Made by a program: the position numbers and the translations under genes. The notes under the pieces were generated by a model, which did no database searches, had not been told where the DNA came from, and was given only the letters and a program-made list of their open reading frames with translations. Positions 41,520-50,695 of a DNA stretch of 64,000 bases are shown here, piece by piece (position 1 is the stretch's first letter; each line of letters starts with the position of its first letter). The DNA is taken from positions 2,848,001-2,912,000 of the forward strand of contig CBDCNP010000002.1 in the NCBI GenBank assembly GCA_965219415.1. Reading direction: 5' to 3'. Source of the stretch: Candidatus Marinacidobacterales bacterium (GTDB taxonomy: Bacteria; Acidobacteriota; Vicinamibacteria; Marinacidobacterales; DATDRI01).

Positions 41520-42800
41520 GTGCGACAAATTCAGAATGTTCTGCCCGTCTTGTTTGTGGCAGCGCTCGGGTTCTTGGCGCCGCAGACGGCGCACCCTCAA
41601 GCAAAGGCCATCGTGGGGGGGAGCGTGGTGAGCCTCGACGGTGCAGCTCCCATCCAAGACGCCGTCGTGGTGATCGAAGGCGAACGAATCGCAGCGATGG
41701 GACCCGCGGGGAGCACGCGAGTTCCCACGGGGGCGGAAGTCATTCGTGCCGACGGCATGTGGCTCATTCCCGGCCTCGTCAATATGCACGTACACCTCGG
41801 CCTGGCATTGCCTGGCAAGGTGGCTACCGAGCTGGCCAACGAGACGGATACCGAGCTCGCTCTTCGTGTTGCGGATAACGCTCGTCAATCCCTGCTCTCC
41901 GGCGTGACCACCATACGGACGCCCGGGGATCGCCGAGCCGCGGCGATTGCGCTCGACAAGGCGGTCCAGAAAGGCCAAGCGGTGGGCCCGCGCATTTTCA
42001 GTGCCAGCGAGACTGTTGTGATCACCGGCCGTGGCTCCGGCCGTAGCGAAACCTATGACGGGCCCTACGAGCTCATCAAAGCCGTCCGTAGTCGAGTCCG
42101 CGACGGAGCCAGTTGGATCAAGATCGCGATCTCCGGCGGCATCGCTAGCCAAGGCGGAGCCATCGCGGAATCCATCATGACGCCTTCGGAGATCGAAGCG
42201 GTGATCGATGCCGCCCATCGTTTCGGCAGAAAAGTAACGGCACACTCCGGCTCGCCTCAAGCGACGAGCGTCGCCGTGGATGCGGGGGTCGATTGCATCG
42301 AGCACGGTTACCACCTCAATCGCGAGGTCTTGGTCAAGATGAAAGACAACGGGACCTGGCTGGTTCCCACCATCGTCGTGAGCCAACCGGCGACTGCACC
42401 TTTCTTCGAAAGGATTGGCTCTCCCGATTGGTATCTCGAGCGCTTGGCTTCAGTAGGAACAGATCATTGGAAGTCGCTTCAAATGGCCATCGAAGTGGGT
42501 GTCAACATCGCGCTCGGAACGGATCAATTCCCCTATGAGCCCAACGACGGAACGACCGCCACGGTGCGAGAAGCCGAATACTACGTGGCGGCGGGGATGA
42601 CGCCGACTCAAGCTCTACGCAGCGCGACTACCGAAACTGCCAAGCTTCTCGATGCCGATAAGGACATCGGCTCACTCGAAGTCGGCAAGTACGCGGATAT
42701 TCTTGCCGTGCCGAGCGATCCCACTAAAGACATCTCGGCCCTCCGCGAGATTCGGCTCGTCATGAAGGGTGGAACCGTCTACCGCAACGACATGCGTTAG
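41520..42800 (+). CDS. Secreted amidohydrolase, copy 6
   Basis: GTG start; HVH, K, H, H, D present; GHG loop reads GRG; short C-terminus. Confidence 0.92.
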   Translation: MRQIQNVLPVLFVAALGFLAPQTAHPQAKAIVGGSVVSLDGAAPIQDAVVVIEGERIAAMGPAGSTRVPTGAEVIRADGMWLIPGLVNMHVHLGLALPGKVATELANETDTELALRVADNARQSLLSGVTTIRTPGDRRAAAIALDKAVQKGQAVGPRIFSASETVVITGRGSGRSETYDGPYELIKAVRSRVRDGASWIKIAISGGIASQGGAIAESIMTPSEIEAVIDAAHRFGRKVTAHSGSPQATSVAVDAGVDCIEHGYHLNREVLVKMKDNGTWLVPTIVVSQPATAPFFERIGSPDWYLERLASVGTDHWKSLQMAIEVGVNIALGTDQFPYEPNDGTTATVREAEYYVAAGMTPTQALRSATTETAKLLDADKDIGSLEVGKYADILAVPSDPTKDISALREIRLVMKGGTVYRNDMR

Positions 42801-43987
42801 GGTTTGCGTGGCTTGGCGGTTCTGGAAGACGACCCACCCCCCGAAGAGTATCCTTTGGAGGTCGCGCTACCGCCTGACGAGGACGACGAGCCTTTAGACC
42901 TTGTCGAGCTTGCCGAAGAAGAGCCCTCTCGGGACCCCGAGCTCCCAAACGCCCCACCCCCACTGGTTCGGCCGACCCGTGTGTAGCCGCGACCCTTGAC
43001 GAGTCGCCCGCCGGCGATGCCTTGGTCGGGGATCCCGACCGGTCTCCGCACGTAGAAGGTGTCATAGGGCGTATACCAGTAGTAGTAACCGAAGGGGGCG
43101 AAGAAGAAACTGCTCCAGTAGTTGTAGCTTTGACCGAAACCCGCGCCTCCGCCCCCGTAGCTGCGGCCTTGGGTCTCCCGGGAGACCTCGAAGCGGTGGG
43201 GATAGGCGAGTGCCACCATTAAGTCGATCGTCTCGGGGGAGATGCCGGAATCCGCGAGTTGAACGAGCGTCTTGCCGTTCAAGTCGAAGGTGGAGCCACT
43301 CTCCACCAAAGCCGCCTCGACCGCCGCGGAGTCGATCTTGTTGCTCGCTTCGGCGAGATCGTCGATGGTGAGAGGCCTCGATATCGCCGCTCGCGCCGCC
43401 GTAACCGCGGTCGCCGTCTCGGGTGGCACTTCCTCGAATCCCAGCTTGCTCACCGCTTCCGATGGAGCGGGTCGGTAGCGCCGTATGACGACCTCGCGCC
43501 CGCTTCCGCCATCGAGCGCCTGTATGTCGACCCACGTGTTCCAGCGTCTAAAGAAACTCACCCCAGTGAAACTCTGTTGTTTCCCCGCCTTGCAGCTCAT
43601 TTCGGAACGCAGGAACAAGAGCGCCTGGTTCTTGGACCACTCGGTAACTTGATGACCGCTGCAGTCCGAGACCGCGAACGGGCGGCGGAGTCCGTCGGCG
43701 TACAAGGTCTCCTCCAAGAGTAGCTCGCCATCTGCGTAGGTGCTTAGTTTTGCTTCTCCCTCCGCGCCCGGGGTGACGCACACCAGCTGCTCGTCGGTGA
43801 CGCGATATTCTTTTTCGCTGGCCCCTTCGAGGACAGCCGGAAGCTTCACGACGTCGGCTACCAACTGCCAACAGCCGAGCCATGGCAACCAGGGGGAATC
43901 GGCAGAGTCTTTCGCCGGCTGCGCGAACGCCGTCGATGAAGTTGCGCAAAGCAACGCCGTAACCAGTGCAAGCTGTCGGAAGCTCAT
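42797..43987 (-). CDS. Hypothetical secreted protein with Tyr/Trp-rich segment and Ser/Gly-rich tail
   Basis: Signal peptide AFA|Q; WLPWLGCWQL; LVQLADSGISPETIDLMVALAYP; stop overlaps the amidohydrolase 6 stop. Confidence 0.75.
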   Translation of the reverse strand: MSFRQLALVTALLCATSSTAFAQPAKDSADSPWLPWLGCWQLVADVVKLPAVLEGASEKEYRVTDEQLVCVTPGAEGEAKLSTYADGELLLEETLYADGLRRPFAVSDCSGHQVTEWSKNQALLFLRSEMSCKAGKQQSFTGVSFFRRWNTWVDIQALDGGSGREVVIRRYRPAPSEAVSKLGFEEVPPETATAVTAARAAISRPLTIDDLAEASNKIDSAAVEAALVESGSTFDLNGKTLVQLADSGISPETIDLMVALAYPHRFEVSRETQGRSYGGGGAGFGQSYNYWSSFFFAPFGYYYWYTPYDTFYVRRPVGIPDQGIAGGRLVKGRGYTRVGRTSGGGAFGSSGSREGSSSASSTRSKGSSSSSGGSATSKGYSSGGGSSSRTAKPRKP

Positions 43988-44001
43988 GGTCTTATCCTCT
44001 C

Positions 44002-44754
44002 TCAATTGAATATCCAGTATATCCCGGCCGTAACACCGAATCCTGTTAGGTCGATGGGATCGAAACCAATGAAGTCGTCCTTCAGCTTCGCATCGACCCA
44101 GGCGTAGCGGCCCTCGACGGTCAGGAACATCTTGCGGCTGAGCTTTACGTCGACCCCGCCCAAAACGTGCACCGTCGGGGCCCATCCACTCGACGTGAGC
44201 ATGGCCTCGAAGATGGACAGATCGTCGAAATCGACGAACTCACCAAACTGTTCGAACTTGTACCATTGAAGTCCGACTCCGGCGCCCACGTAGGGAGCGG
44301 CGCTCCTCGCCACCCAAGCATAGCGGCTTACCTCGTGTCCGCGCGGCACGAGATAAAACTTCGCACTAGCGGTCAAAGGAAACTGCGTGAGCGTGGTCTT
44401 CTGGACGATGGGGAGATCGTCGGTGCCCACGAAATCGCGGAACTCCGACGTCGTCGAAGAGCGGCTGTACTCGAATCCGAAGACGACGTCGAGGCGCTCT
44501 TTCAGCACTAAGGCGAAATCGACGCCGAGCGTCGGGGCATCGAAATCGCCGTCGCCCACAGTGAGCAGCTCGCGAGTGAAGTCGAAGAGGTCGCTCTCGG
44601 CTCTGGCTAGGCTCCAACCGGCGCGGAAGCCCGCCGAGAATCGGGGTGCGCCAAAGAGAAAATCGGGTTCCTGGGTCGCTGGCGGAGTGGCACTGACCTC
44701 CACGCCAACCAGGGACACGCCGGCAAGTACAAGGGCGACGAGGTTTTTTTGCAT
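44002..44754 (-). CDS. Outer membrane beta-barrel protein (small OmpA/OmpW-type barrel)
   Basis: Signal peptide; alternating strands, PYVGAGVG, EGRYAW, terminal AGIYWIFN. Confidence 0.75.
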   Translation of the reverse strand: MQKNLVALVLAGVSLVGVEVSATPPATQEPDFLFGAPRFSAGFRAGWSLARAESDLFDFTRELLTVGDGDFDAPTLGVDFALVLKERLDVVFGFEYSRSSTTSEFRDFVGTDDLPIVQKTTLTQFPLTASAKFYLVPRGHEVSRYAWVARSAAPYVGAGVGLQWYKFEQFGEFVDFDDLSIFEAMLTSSGWAPTVHVLGGVDVKLSRKMFLTVEGRYAWVDAKLKDDFIGFDPIDLTGFGVTAGIYWIFN

Positions 44755-44912
44755 GTCTTCTCATCACCCGTACGGGGGGAACGGGTTCGTTAGGCCCATC
44801 TTCCCACTTATGGTCGGCCCAGACAAATCGGGACCGGACGGATTCTTTCCCGAAATCGGACACCGGGCACGGTCTTCTTCGTGTGAAGGCGTGACTCTTG
44901 GGCGCATACCGG

Positions 44913-44928
44913 TGGCATACGTTTTGCT
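44913..44928 (+). promoter_or_regulatory. Putative sigma-54 (-24/-12) promoter
   Basis: TGGCATACGTTTTGCT = GG-N10-GC consensus, 16 nt before ATG 44945. Confidence 0.5.
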
Positions 44929-44944
44929 CCTATTATTGTCCGAC

Positions 44945-46448
44945 ATGATTCAAGACCTCTCGGTCGCGTTTCGAGTTCTCCGGAAACGACCCGGCGCCAG
45001 TGCCGTCGTCATCTTGATCCTGGCGTTGGGCATCGCCGTCAACGCCACGTTTTTTACTTTTTTCAACGGGATGATTCTTCATCCCTTGCCGTTCGAGGAT
45101 GCGGAGAGGCTCGTCTATTTGAGTGAGTCGCAACCGAAGCTCGGCAAGAGCCGGCAAGAGATCTCGGGGCCCAATCTGCAAGACTGGCAGGAAGAAAGCA
45201 GTGTTTTCGCGGCCATCGCACCGTACGCGAATCGAAGCTTCAACCTTCATACCGAAGAGGACCCCGAGCGGGTCCGAGGCACCAGGATCTCGGCTTCCTT
45301 GTTCCCGCTGCTCGGTGTCGAACCCATCTTAGGCCGCAACTTCACCGAGGAAGACGACCGGCCCGGAGCGGCCGAGGTAGCGCTCATCAGTCACACGATG
45401 TGGCAAAGACGTTTCGACGCCGATCCCGCCGTTTTGGGGCGCACGGTTCATTTGAACGAGCGGGTACACGAAGTCGTGGGGGTGATGCCGCCTGGATTCC
45501 GCTTCGAGAACTTTTCCGAGGTCTGGACACCGTTGAGGCTCGCTCCGCAAGACACCGCTCGCGACAATCGTTGGCTTGCCGCGATCGCGCGACTGAAACC
45601 CGGCGTGACAGCCGAAGAGGCACAGCTCGAGATGGAACTCATCGGAGAGCGACTCGAGGGCCGTTACCCGGAGACGAACACGGGCTGGAACGTGCGAGTG
45701 CGCCCCCTCCGCGATGCTTGGCTTCCCCCGGTCACGCAGTTGAGCTCCTACATCCAGCAGGTGGCGGTGTTCTTCGTCCTTCTCATCGTGTGCGCCAACG
45801 TCGCCAATCTCATGTTGGCGCAAGCGACGGCACGTCGTCAGGAGACCGCACTTCGCGCCGCACTCGGCGCGGGCCGCACACGTCTGATGCCGCAATTCCT
45901 CACTGAGAGCACCCTACTCGCCATCACTGCGGGCGTCGTGGGAACGATCCTGGCTCTTTGGGGAGTCGTTTGGGTCAAGGAGCTCGTACTCGTTCCCATT
46001 CCGTATTGGCTTCATTTCGAGCTCGACGCTGCCACGCTTGCCTACTCGGTCCTCGTCACCCTGAGCGTCGGCTTGGCGTTCGGACTGGTTCCGGCGCTTC
46101 GCGGAACCGGCGGCGATCTCCACCATGCCCTCAAGTCGGGAGGAGGCGGACGGGCCGATGACGGCGCAAGCGGTAACCGCCTACGGAGTCTACTCGTCGT
46201 CTCACAGTTTGCGATGTCGCTCGTTCTTTTAGTTGGCGCGCTGATGATGGTCAAGAGCATCGTTCGCATACAGAACGTGGACGTGGGGTACGAAACCGAG
46301 AGGGTTCTCACGTTGCGGTTGTCCTTGACGGGCGAGTCGTACCGTGAGTCGGGTCGGCGAGGTCGATTCTTGAATGACGCGCTCGAGAGGATTTCGAGCA
46401 TCAGCACGGTGGATGCGGTGGGCGGAGTGAACTATCTACCGTCGAGTT
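44945..46448 (+). pseudogene. ADOP-type (MacB/FtsX duplicated) ABC permease, 3'-truncated by IS5
   Basis: MIQDLSVAFRVLRKRPG, LALGIAVNATFF, VGVMPPGF, LIVCANVANLML, RAALGAGR, LRSLLVVSQ; stops at ~500 aa within the second periplasmic domain. Confidence 0.85.
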
Positions 46449-47420
46449 GCCTTGGTGCACAACTCCGATAGAGGCCGAGAGCTCGCTTGGCCCCGACTCC
46501 CATCATCCGATCATCTCGGTATCAGGCATCCCGAGCGCCGTCATGGTGTTGAGAATCTTGCACCCGATCCTTGCCTCACCTCTCTGTGCCGCCAACCCTC
46601 TCGCTCGCATCGCTGAGCCCACGATAGCCTTGTAGCGATGGAACGTTGTCTCGACTTTGCTCCGTTTGCTGTAGCCCGATTCTGTGTGCCACTTTCGTTT
46701 GCCGAGCCGAGCTTGTGCTGCAATGTTGCGATTGCGCTGTCGGCTGCTCGCCGGCCCCGATGCGAGCAGGGCGCCCTTGCGCGGCGGTATCAGCACCCTC
46801 GGCGAGCGATGAGCGCTGTGATTCTCGATTGCCTCATAGACGCCGCCGGCGTCGTATGCGGTGTCAGCTCTGGCCGATGAGATGGGACTGTCGATCTGTC
46901 CGACAAGCGATGCAACCCGCGATGAATCGCGGGCTCTTTTGCTCGTCAGCTCGCCGGCGACGACTTCGCCACTCTGCTCGTCGACACACAGATGGAGCTT
47001 GCGATAGTCCCTGCTCTTTTGTGCTCTGCGCAGCTGGCCGGCGTGGACAGCGAGACCGCTGCTGTCGAACAAGATGTGCAACGGCGTCTTCTGCTTGACT
47101 GGGTAGAAGGGGACCTTACCCAGCTTCGGCTTGCGCCTCGAGATCGTGGTGTGATCGGGCACATCATTGTCTAGCTTCATCAGAGCGAACAACGACCGCA
47201 GCAATCCCTCGCTCTGCCTAGATGACAGATGAAACACCATGCCCAGGGTGACAGCCGTCTCGATGGCGTGGTTCGAGTATTTGCGTTGACGGCCCGGTTT
47301 CCTCCTCCTTGGCCGGGGCGCGTCCCAGTTCACAAGCTTGCCGGCGGTGAGCGAGATCCAGACGGTCAGGCTCCCGCGGTTGCGTAGACCCGCCTCATAT
47401 TCACGCCAATTCCTCACCTT
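46449..47420 (-). mobile_element. IS5-family (IS903-group) element, 5' end missing
   Basis: IS903-like end GCCTTGGTGCACAAC at 46449; no partner end upstream of the ORF. Confidence 0.8.
46503..47417 (-). CDS. IS5/IS903-group transposase (N-terminus truncated)
   Basis: NWREYEAGLRNRGSLTVW, VPDHTTISRR, DSSGL, RKLHL, ADTAYD, GYSKRSKVETTFHRYK. Confidence 0.9.
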   Translation of the reverse strand: MRNWREYEAGLRNRGSLTVWISLTAGKLVNWDAPRPRRRKPGRQRKYSNHAIETAVTLGMVFHLSSRQSEGLLRSLFALMKLDNDVPDHTTISRRKPKLGKVPFYPVKQKTPLHILFDSSGLAVHAGQLRRAQKSRDYRKLHLCVDEQSGEVVAGELTSKRARDSSRVASLVGQIDSPISSARADTAYDAGGVYEAIENHSAHRSPRVLIPPRKGALLASGPASSRQRNRNIAAQARLGKRKWHTESGYSKRSKVETTFHRYKAIVGSAMRARGLAAQRGEARIGCKILNTMTALGMPDTEMIG

Positions 47421-48600
47421 TTAGGACTTCCCCCAAGCCATCCATGTCCATGTCCATATCCATATCCGTCCCCACGGTTGCCGGCGATTTGGCCTCAGGC
47501 TGGGCCTTCCCAGGCTCCGGCGCGGCGGCTGGCTCGTAGATCTCGGCAGGCTGGGCAGGCTGGGCGGTGGAATCCTCACCGACGTCCGAGGATACGATCG
47601 GTTCCGCTGCGATAGGCGGCGAGTCGAGCGAGGGGAGCGCTACGGTCTGTTCGTTGAATTGGGGAAACGCAGGCTCACACTCCCAGGGCTGGGCGCCTCC
47701 ACTTCCTGTACCGGCTGTCCTGGCGCGGCTTCCACGATGGGCTCGACCATGGCGGGAAGTGGAGCGGGCTCAGCGTCACCCGCTGGCGATTCCTGTGAAG
47801 ACTCCGGCTTTGGGGCGGGAGCGGCTTCGGTCTTGTCCCACTGATCCAATAACGAAGCGCCATCGTCCTCGACCGCCTCCACCCAACCCAACGAGCGAAA
47901 CGCCCACGATTAGCTTGCACACATCCAACTCTTTGAGCGAGGATTCGGTGCAGGCTTCCGTCACACCTTTGGGCCGCCTGAGCATGGCGAGAAGCTCGAG
48001 CGCCGGAGTCTCCAGCTCGATGGAACGAAGAGATCCTTCGGTCCCGGAAACTGCCTGGTACGTGGAGTCAAGATCGCCGATGCCCCGTGATATGCGCCAC
48101 CAACTATCGATCTCACGGATTCCATCCACGATGAGCTGGGGGGTAGGCATGTCCAAGGTGATCGTCTCCTTGCTCGGAAGGTCTTGAGCCACGAACTCGT
48201 AGTGCGCCTTAGTCCAGTTGAAAAGACTCAAGATGATGGAGCGCACTTGGCCGACAACCGACTTAACGAGCTCTTTCGGATCCAAGTATCCGCTTTCGAC
48301 CAGCAGCGCGCCAAGCCGCTTGCCCGGCTTGATTAGTTTGCTAGCAGCTTCGAGATCTTTGAGTCCGACGCGCCCACTCCGCAGTAAGTACTCACCTAAG
48401 CGATCATCGATGGCAGAGGACTTGGCGAAAACGAAGGCGCCGTCCCGCACGAACAGAGTCTTTTCTGCCTGCGGATTGGAGAAGCTCAATAGACCCGTCC
48501 CCTTGGTTTCGCAGACGGCTAGGAGGATATCGGGCAGATCGTAGTCTGCGGTCGAGCTTTCGAACTCTCCCTGGAGAGGGATTTCCGTGCGGACTGGCAC
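47401..48600 (-). CDS. DUF4388/PATAN-like protein with Pro/Glu-rich tail (two frameshifts; 3' end joined to the IS)
   Basis: LQGEF...LPDIL...TGLLSF...KTLFVRDG...RLGEYLL...RLGALLVESG...LFNW. Confidence 0.75.
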
Positions 48601-48674
48601 CGATGTTTTCTGGAGGTACCCAAGCGATTGAGAATAGACTGTTTAAGGCATTATAACCCACTTGGTGCATTGAG

Positions 48675-49388
48675 TTAAACGCCAACTCTCGCGGCCAGCT
48701 GCCTATCAATCCGTCCCCGCACCTCTTCCGCTAACCTCTGCCGATCCTTGTGGTTGAGTCCCGCTGTGGGCACGGGGTCCCCAAAGAAGATCTCGATAGT
48801 ACCTGGGCGAATCGCAAAGGTCCCCGGCGGCATGAGCTCGAACGCGCCCCTGACCGTGATCGGGAGGATTGGAACCTCAGAGTCAATGGCGAGGTAGAAA
48901 CCCCCCTTTTTGAAAGGGAGCAGCTTACCGGTTCGGCTTCGGGTACCTTCGGGTGCCAGAAGAAACGATGCCCCCTCACGCGCGACTCGGGCCGCGAACC
49001 ACATACTCCTGACCGCCCGCTCTCGATTGCTGCGATCGATGGGAATGAAACCTCCCATTTTCATGGCCGTAGCGAGTACCGGCAGCTTGAAGAGCTCCTT
49101 TTTTCCGAGTGCCCGGACCTCCCCCGGAAGGATGAGGAATACCGCCGGAACGTCCAGATTGCTGGAGTGGTTCATCATGTAGACGAAGTGAGGGTTTTCT
49201 GGAAGTTTCTCTTGGCCGCGAACGACCAAACGAATCCCGGCGAGGAGGAACCCGATCCGGACGCCCAGCCGCCCTAGACGGTAGAGGAGGAAGCTCGAGC
49301 CCGACAGGGCGGCGATAGGGATTGCAATCAAGCCCGCGAGGAGCGTGTAAAACGGAAGGACGACCAGAAGAATCAGCGACCGGAACAT
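48675..49388 (-). CDS. plsC: 1-acyl-sn-glycerol-3-phosphate acyltransferase
   Basis: NHSSNLD, FIPIDR, PEGTRS, FKKG. Confidence 0.9.
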   Translation of the reverse strand: MFRSLILLVVLPFYTLLAGLIAIPIAALSGSSFLLYRLGRLGVRIGFLLAGIRLVVRGQEKLPENPHFVYMMNHSSNLDVPAVFLILPGEVRALGKKELFKLPVLATAMKMGGFIPIDRSNRERAVRSMWFAARVAREGASFLLAPEGTRSRTGKLLPFKKGGFYLAIDSEVPILPITVRGAFELMPPGTFAIRPGTIEIFFGDPVPTAGLNHKDRQRLAEEVRGRIDRQLAARVGV

Positions 49389-49502
49389 GGGCTCGACGAA
49401 GTCACCGACCAGATTTCGCCGCGGGCTCGAATGGGAACGGCTGCACTTAGTCGGTCAAACCCGAGATACGCGGTACTCGCTGCTCCGCCTCTTTGGACCG
49501 AC

Positions 49503-49877
49503 TCAGGAGTTGATCAGGTAGTGGATAAAGTATACCGAGTTGCCCTTTCGCACTCTCACCCTGAAGTATTCACCACCACTATCACCCGGGAGAATCTCGG
49601 ACTGCATGCCCTGAGTGGGGAGCTCCTTGGCCGGCCATTCAATGGCGATGTCCTTGGATACTTCCTTGCCGGATTTGCTGAGCACGAACCAGGCTTCACC
49701 TTCCGCCTCGGTCAGAACGAGTTGGTAGCTTCCTCGGGCCAAATTGTGATCACCGAAGTCGACATCGCGAGGGAGACGAATATTACCCTTGAAGAGGACG
49801 TTCGCATCCTGTGCCGTAGCAACAGCGCAGACGAGGAGCATTACCGTAAGAGCGAGGGGCTTGGCAAATTGTCGCAT
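49503..49877 (-). CDS. Small secreted hypothetical protein
   Basis: GGAGG RBS, signal peptide ATA|Q, beta-rich LARGSYQL segment. Confidence 0.7.
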   Translation of the reverse strand: MRQFAKPLALTVMLLVCAVATAQDANVLFKGNIRLPRDVDFGDHNLARGSYQLVLTEAEGEAWFVLSKSGKEVSKDIAIEWPAKELPTQGMQSEILPGDSGGEYFRVRVRKGNSVYFIHYLINS

Positions 49878-49959
49878 GAGAACCTCCTAACAGGCACGCG
49901 GTTTTCTTTAATCCACTATATAAAACAGTCTCGCGAACTATGCAATCGGCACGGCAGAC

Positions 49960-50000
49960 AAAAAAACCCCCGGCCTCCCACGATCGCGGGAGCCGGGAGG
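49960..50000 (-). terminator. Intrinsic terminator of carD
   Basis: Minus-strand GC hairpin CCCGGCTCCC...GGGAGGCCGGG followed by T7. Confidence 0.8.
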
Positions 50001-50017
50001 TATCGTCATTCAGACGA

Positions 50018-50695
50018 TTAGCAAAAGCGGTTGATGGAAATCGAGATCGGACTCCGTGGACGTCCCTTGCCCTTGGCCTGCCCGGTGCCGCTCGCACGGC
50101 TCTTGGGCTTCCTGGTGGACTTGGGTTTGGCGACATAGGCTCCCTCAGCCTTCGCCGCCGCAAGGGTTGTTTTCCGGAGTAGGGACTTCAAGCTGATCCG
50201 GCTCTTCCTCTTGGAATCCATCCCGCGGGAAAGAGCGAGATCGATCTTTTGCTCGACGAGATCCTGGGACTCGCCGGCAACCTCGGCTACCTCGCTAACG
50301 ATGAGGAACCGAGCCCGATCAAGCATCCTCTTCTCGCGAAACGAAAGACTCTTGCGTTTGCTCAAGAACGAAAGGCTCTTCAGAACCCCCGCCACGTCGT
50401 AGATGGAGCCACTCCGCATCTTGTCGGAGTTATCTTTGTAGCGCCCCTTCCAGTTGGCGTGCTGCTCAACCCTTTTGTTCTCGAGCTGATCGAAAATGCG
50501 GTCGACATCCCTGTTGGTGATGACCCTTCTCAACCCAACACCATCCACATTGGCCACGGGCACCATGACTTTGGTGGCGTTCGAAAGAATGCGGAGTTTG
50601 TAGAACTGCGACTCCCTCGCTGGCTCAAGAATGTCCTCAACAACTCCAATCCCATGGTTGGGATATACGACCTTGTCCCCGATTTGAAAGGCCAT
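50018..50695 (-). CDS. carD: CarD/CdnL family RNA polymerase-binding regulator with basic C-terminal extension
   Basis: FQIGDKVVYPNHGIG, VMVPV, GLRRVI, NWKGRY, LSFREKRML. Confidence 0.9.
   Translation of the reverse strand: MAFQIGDKVVYPNHGIGVVEDILEPARESQFYKLRILSNATKVMVPVANVDGVGLRRVITNRDVDRIFDQLENKRVEQHANWKGRYKDNSDKMRSGSIYDVAGVLKSLSFLSKRKSLSFREKRMLDRARFLIVSEVAEVAGESQDLVEQKIDLALSRGMDSKRKSRISLKSLLRKTTLAAAKAEGAYVAKPKSTRKPKSRASGTGQAKGKGRPRSPISISINRFC

Noticed and set aside
34892-42800. Diversity-generating retroelement or assembly collapse as the cause of the array
   Set aside because: No reverse transcriptase is nearby, differences are not adenine-specific, and copies differ at many synonymous sites with intact frames
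47440-47467. 6-bp tandem repeat (Asp-Met) as a phase-variable locus
   Set aside because: Short, imperfect and frame-preserving, in a low-complexity tail
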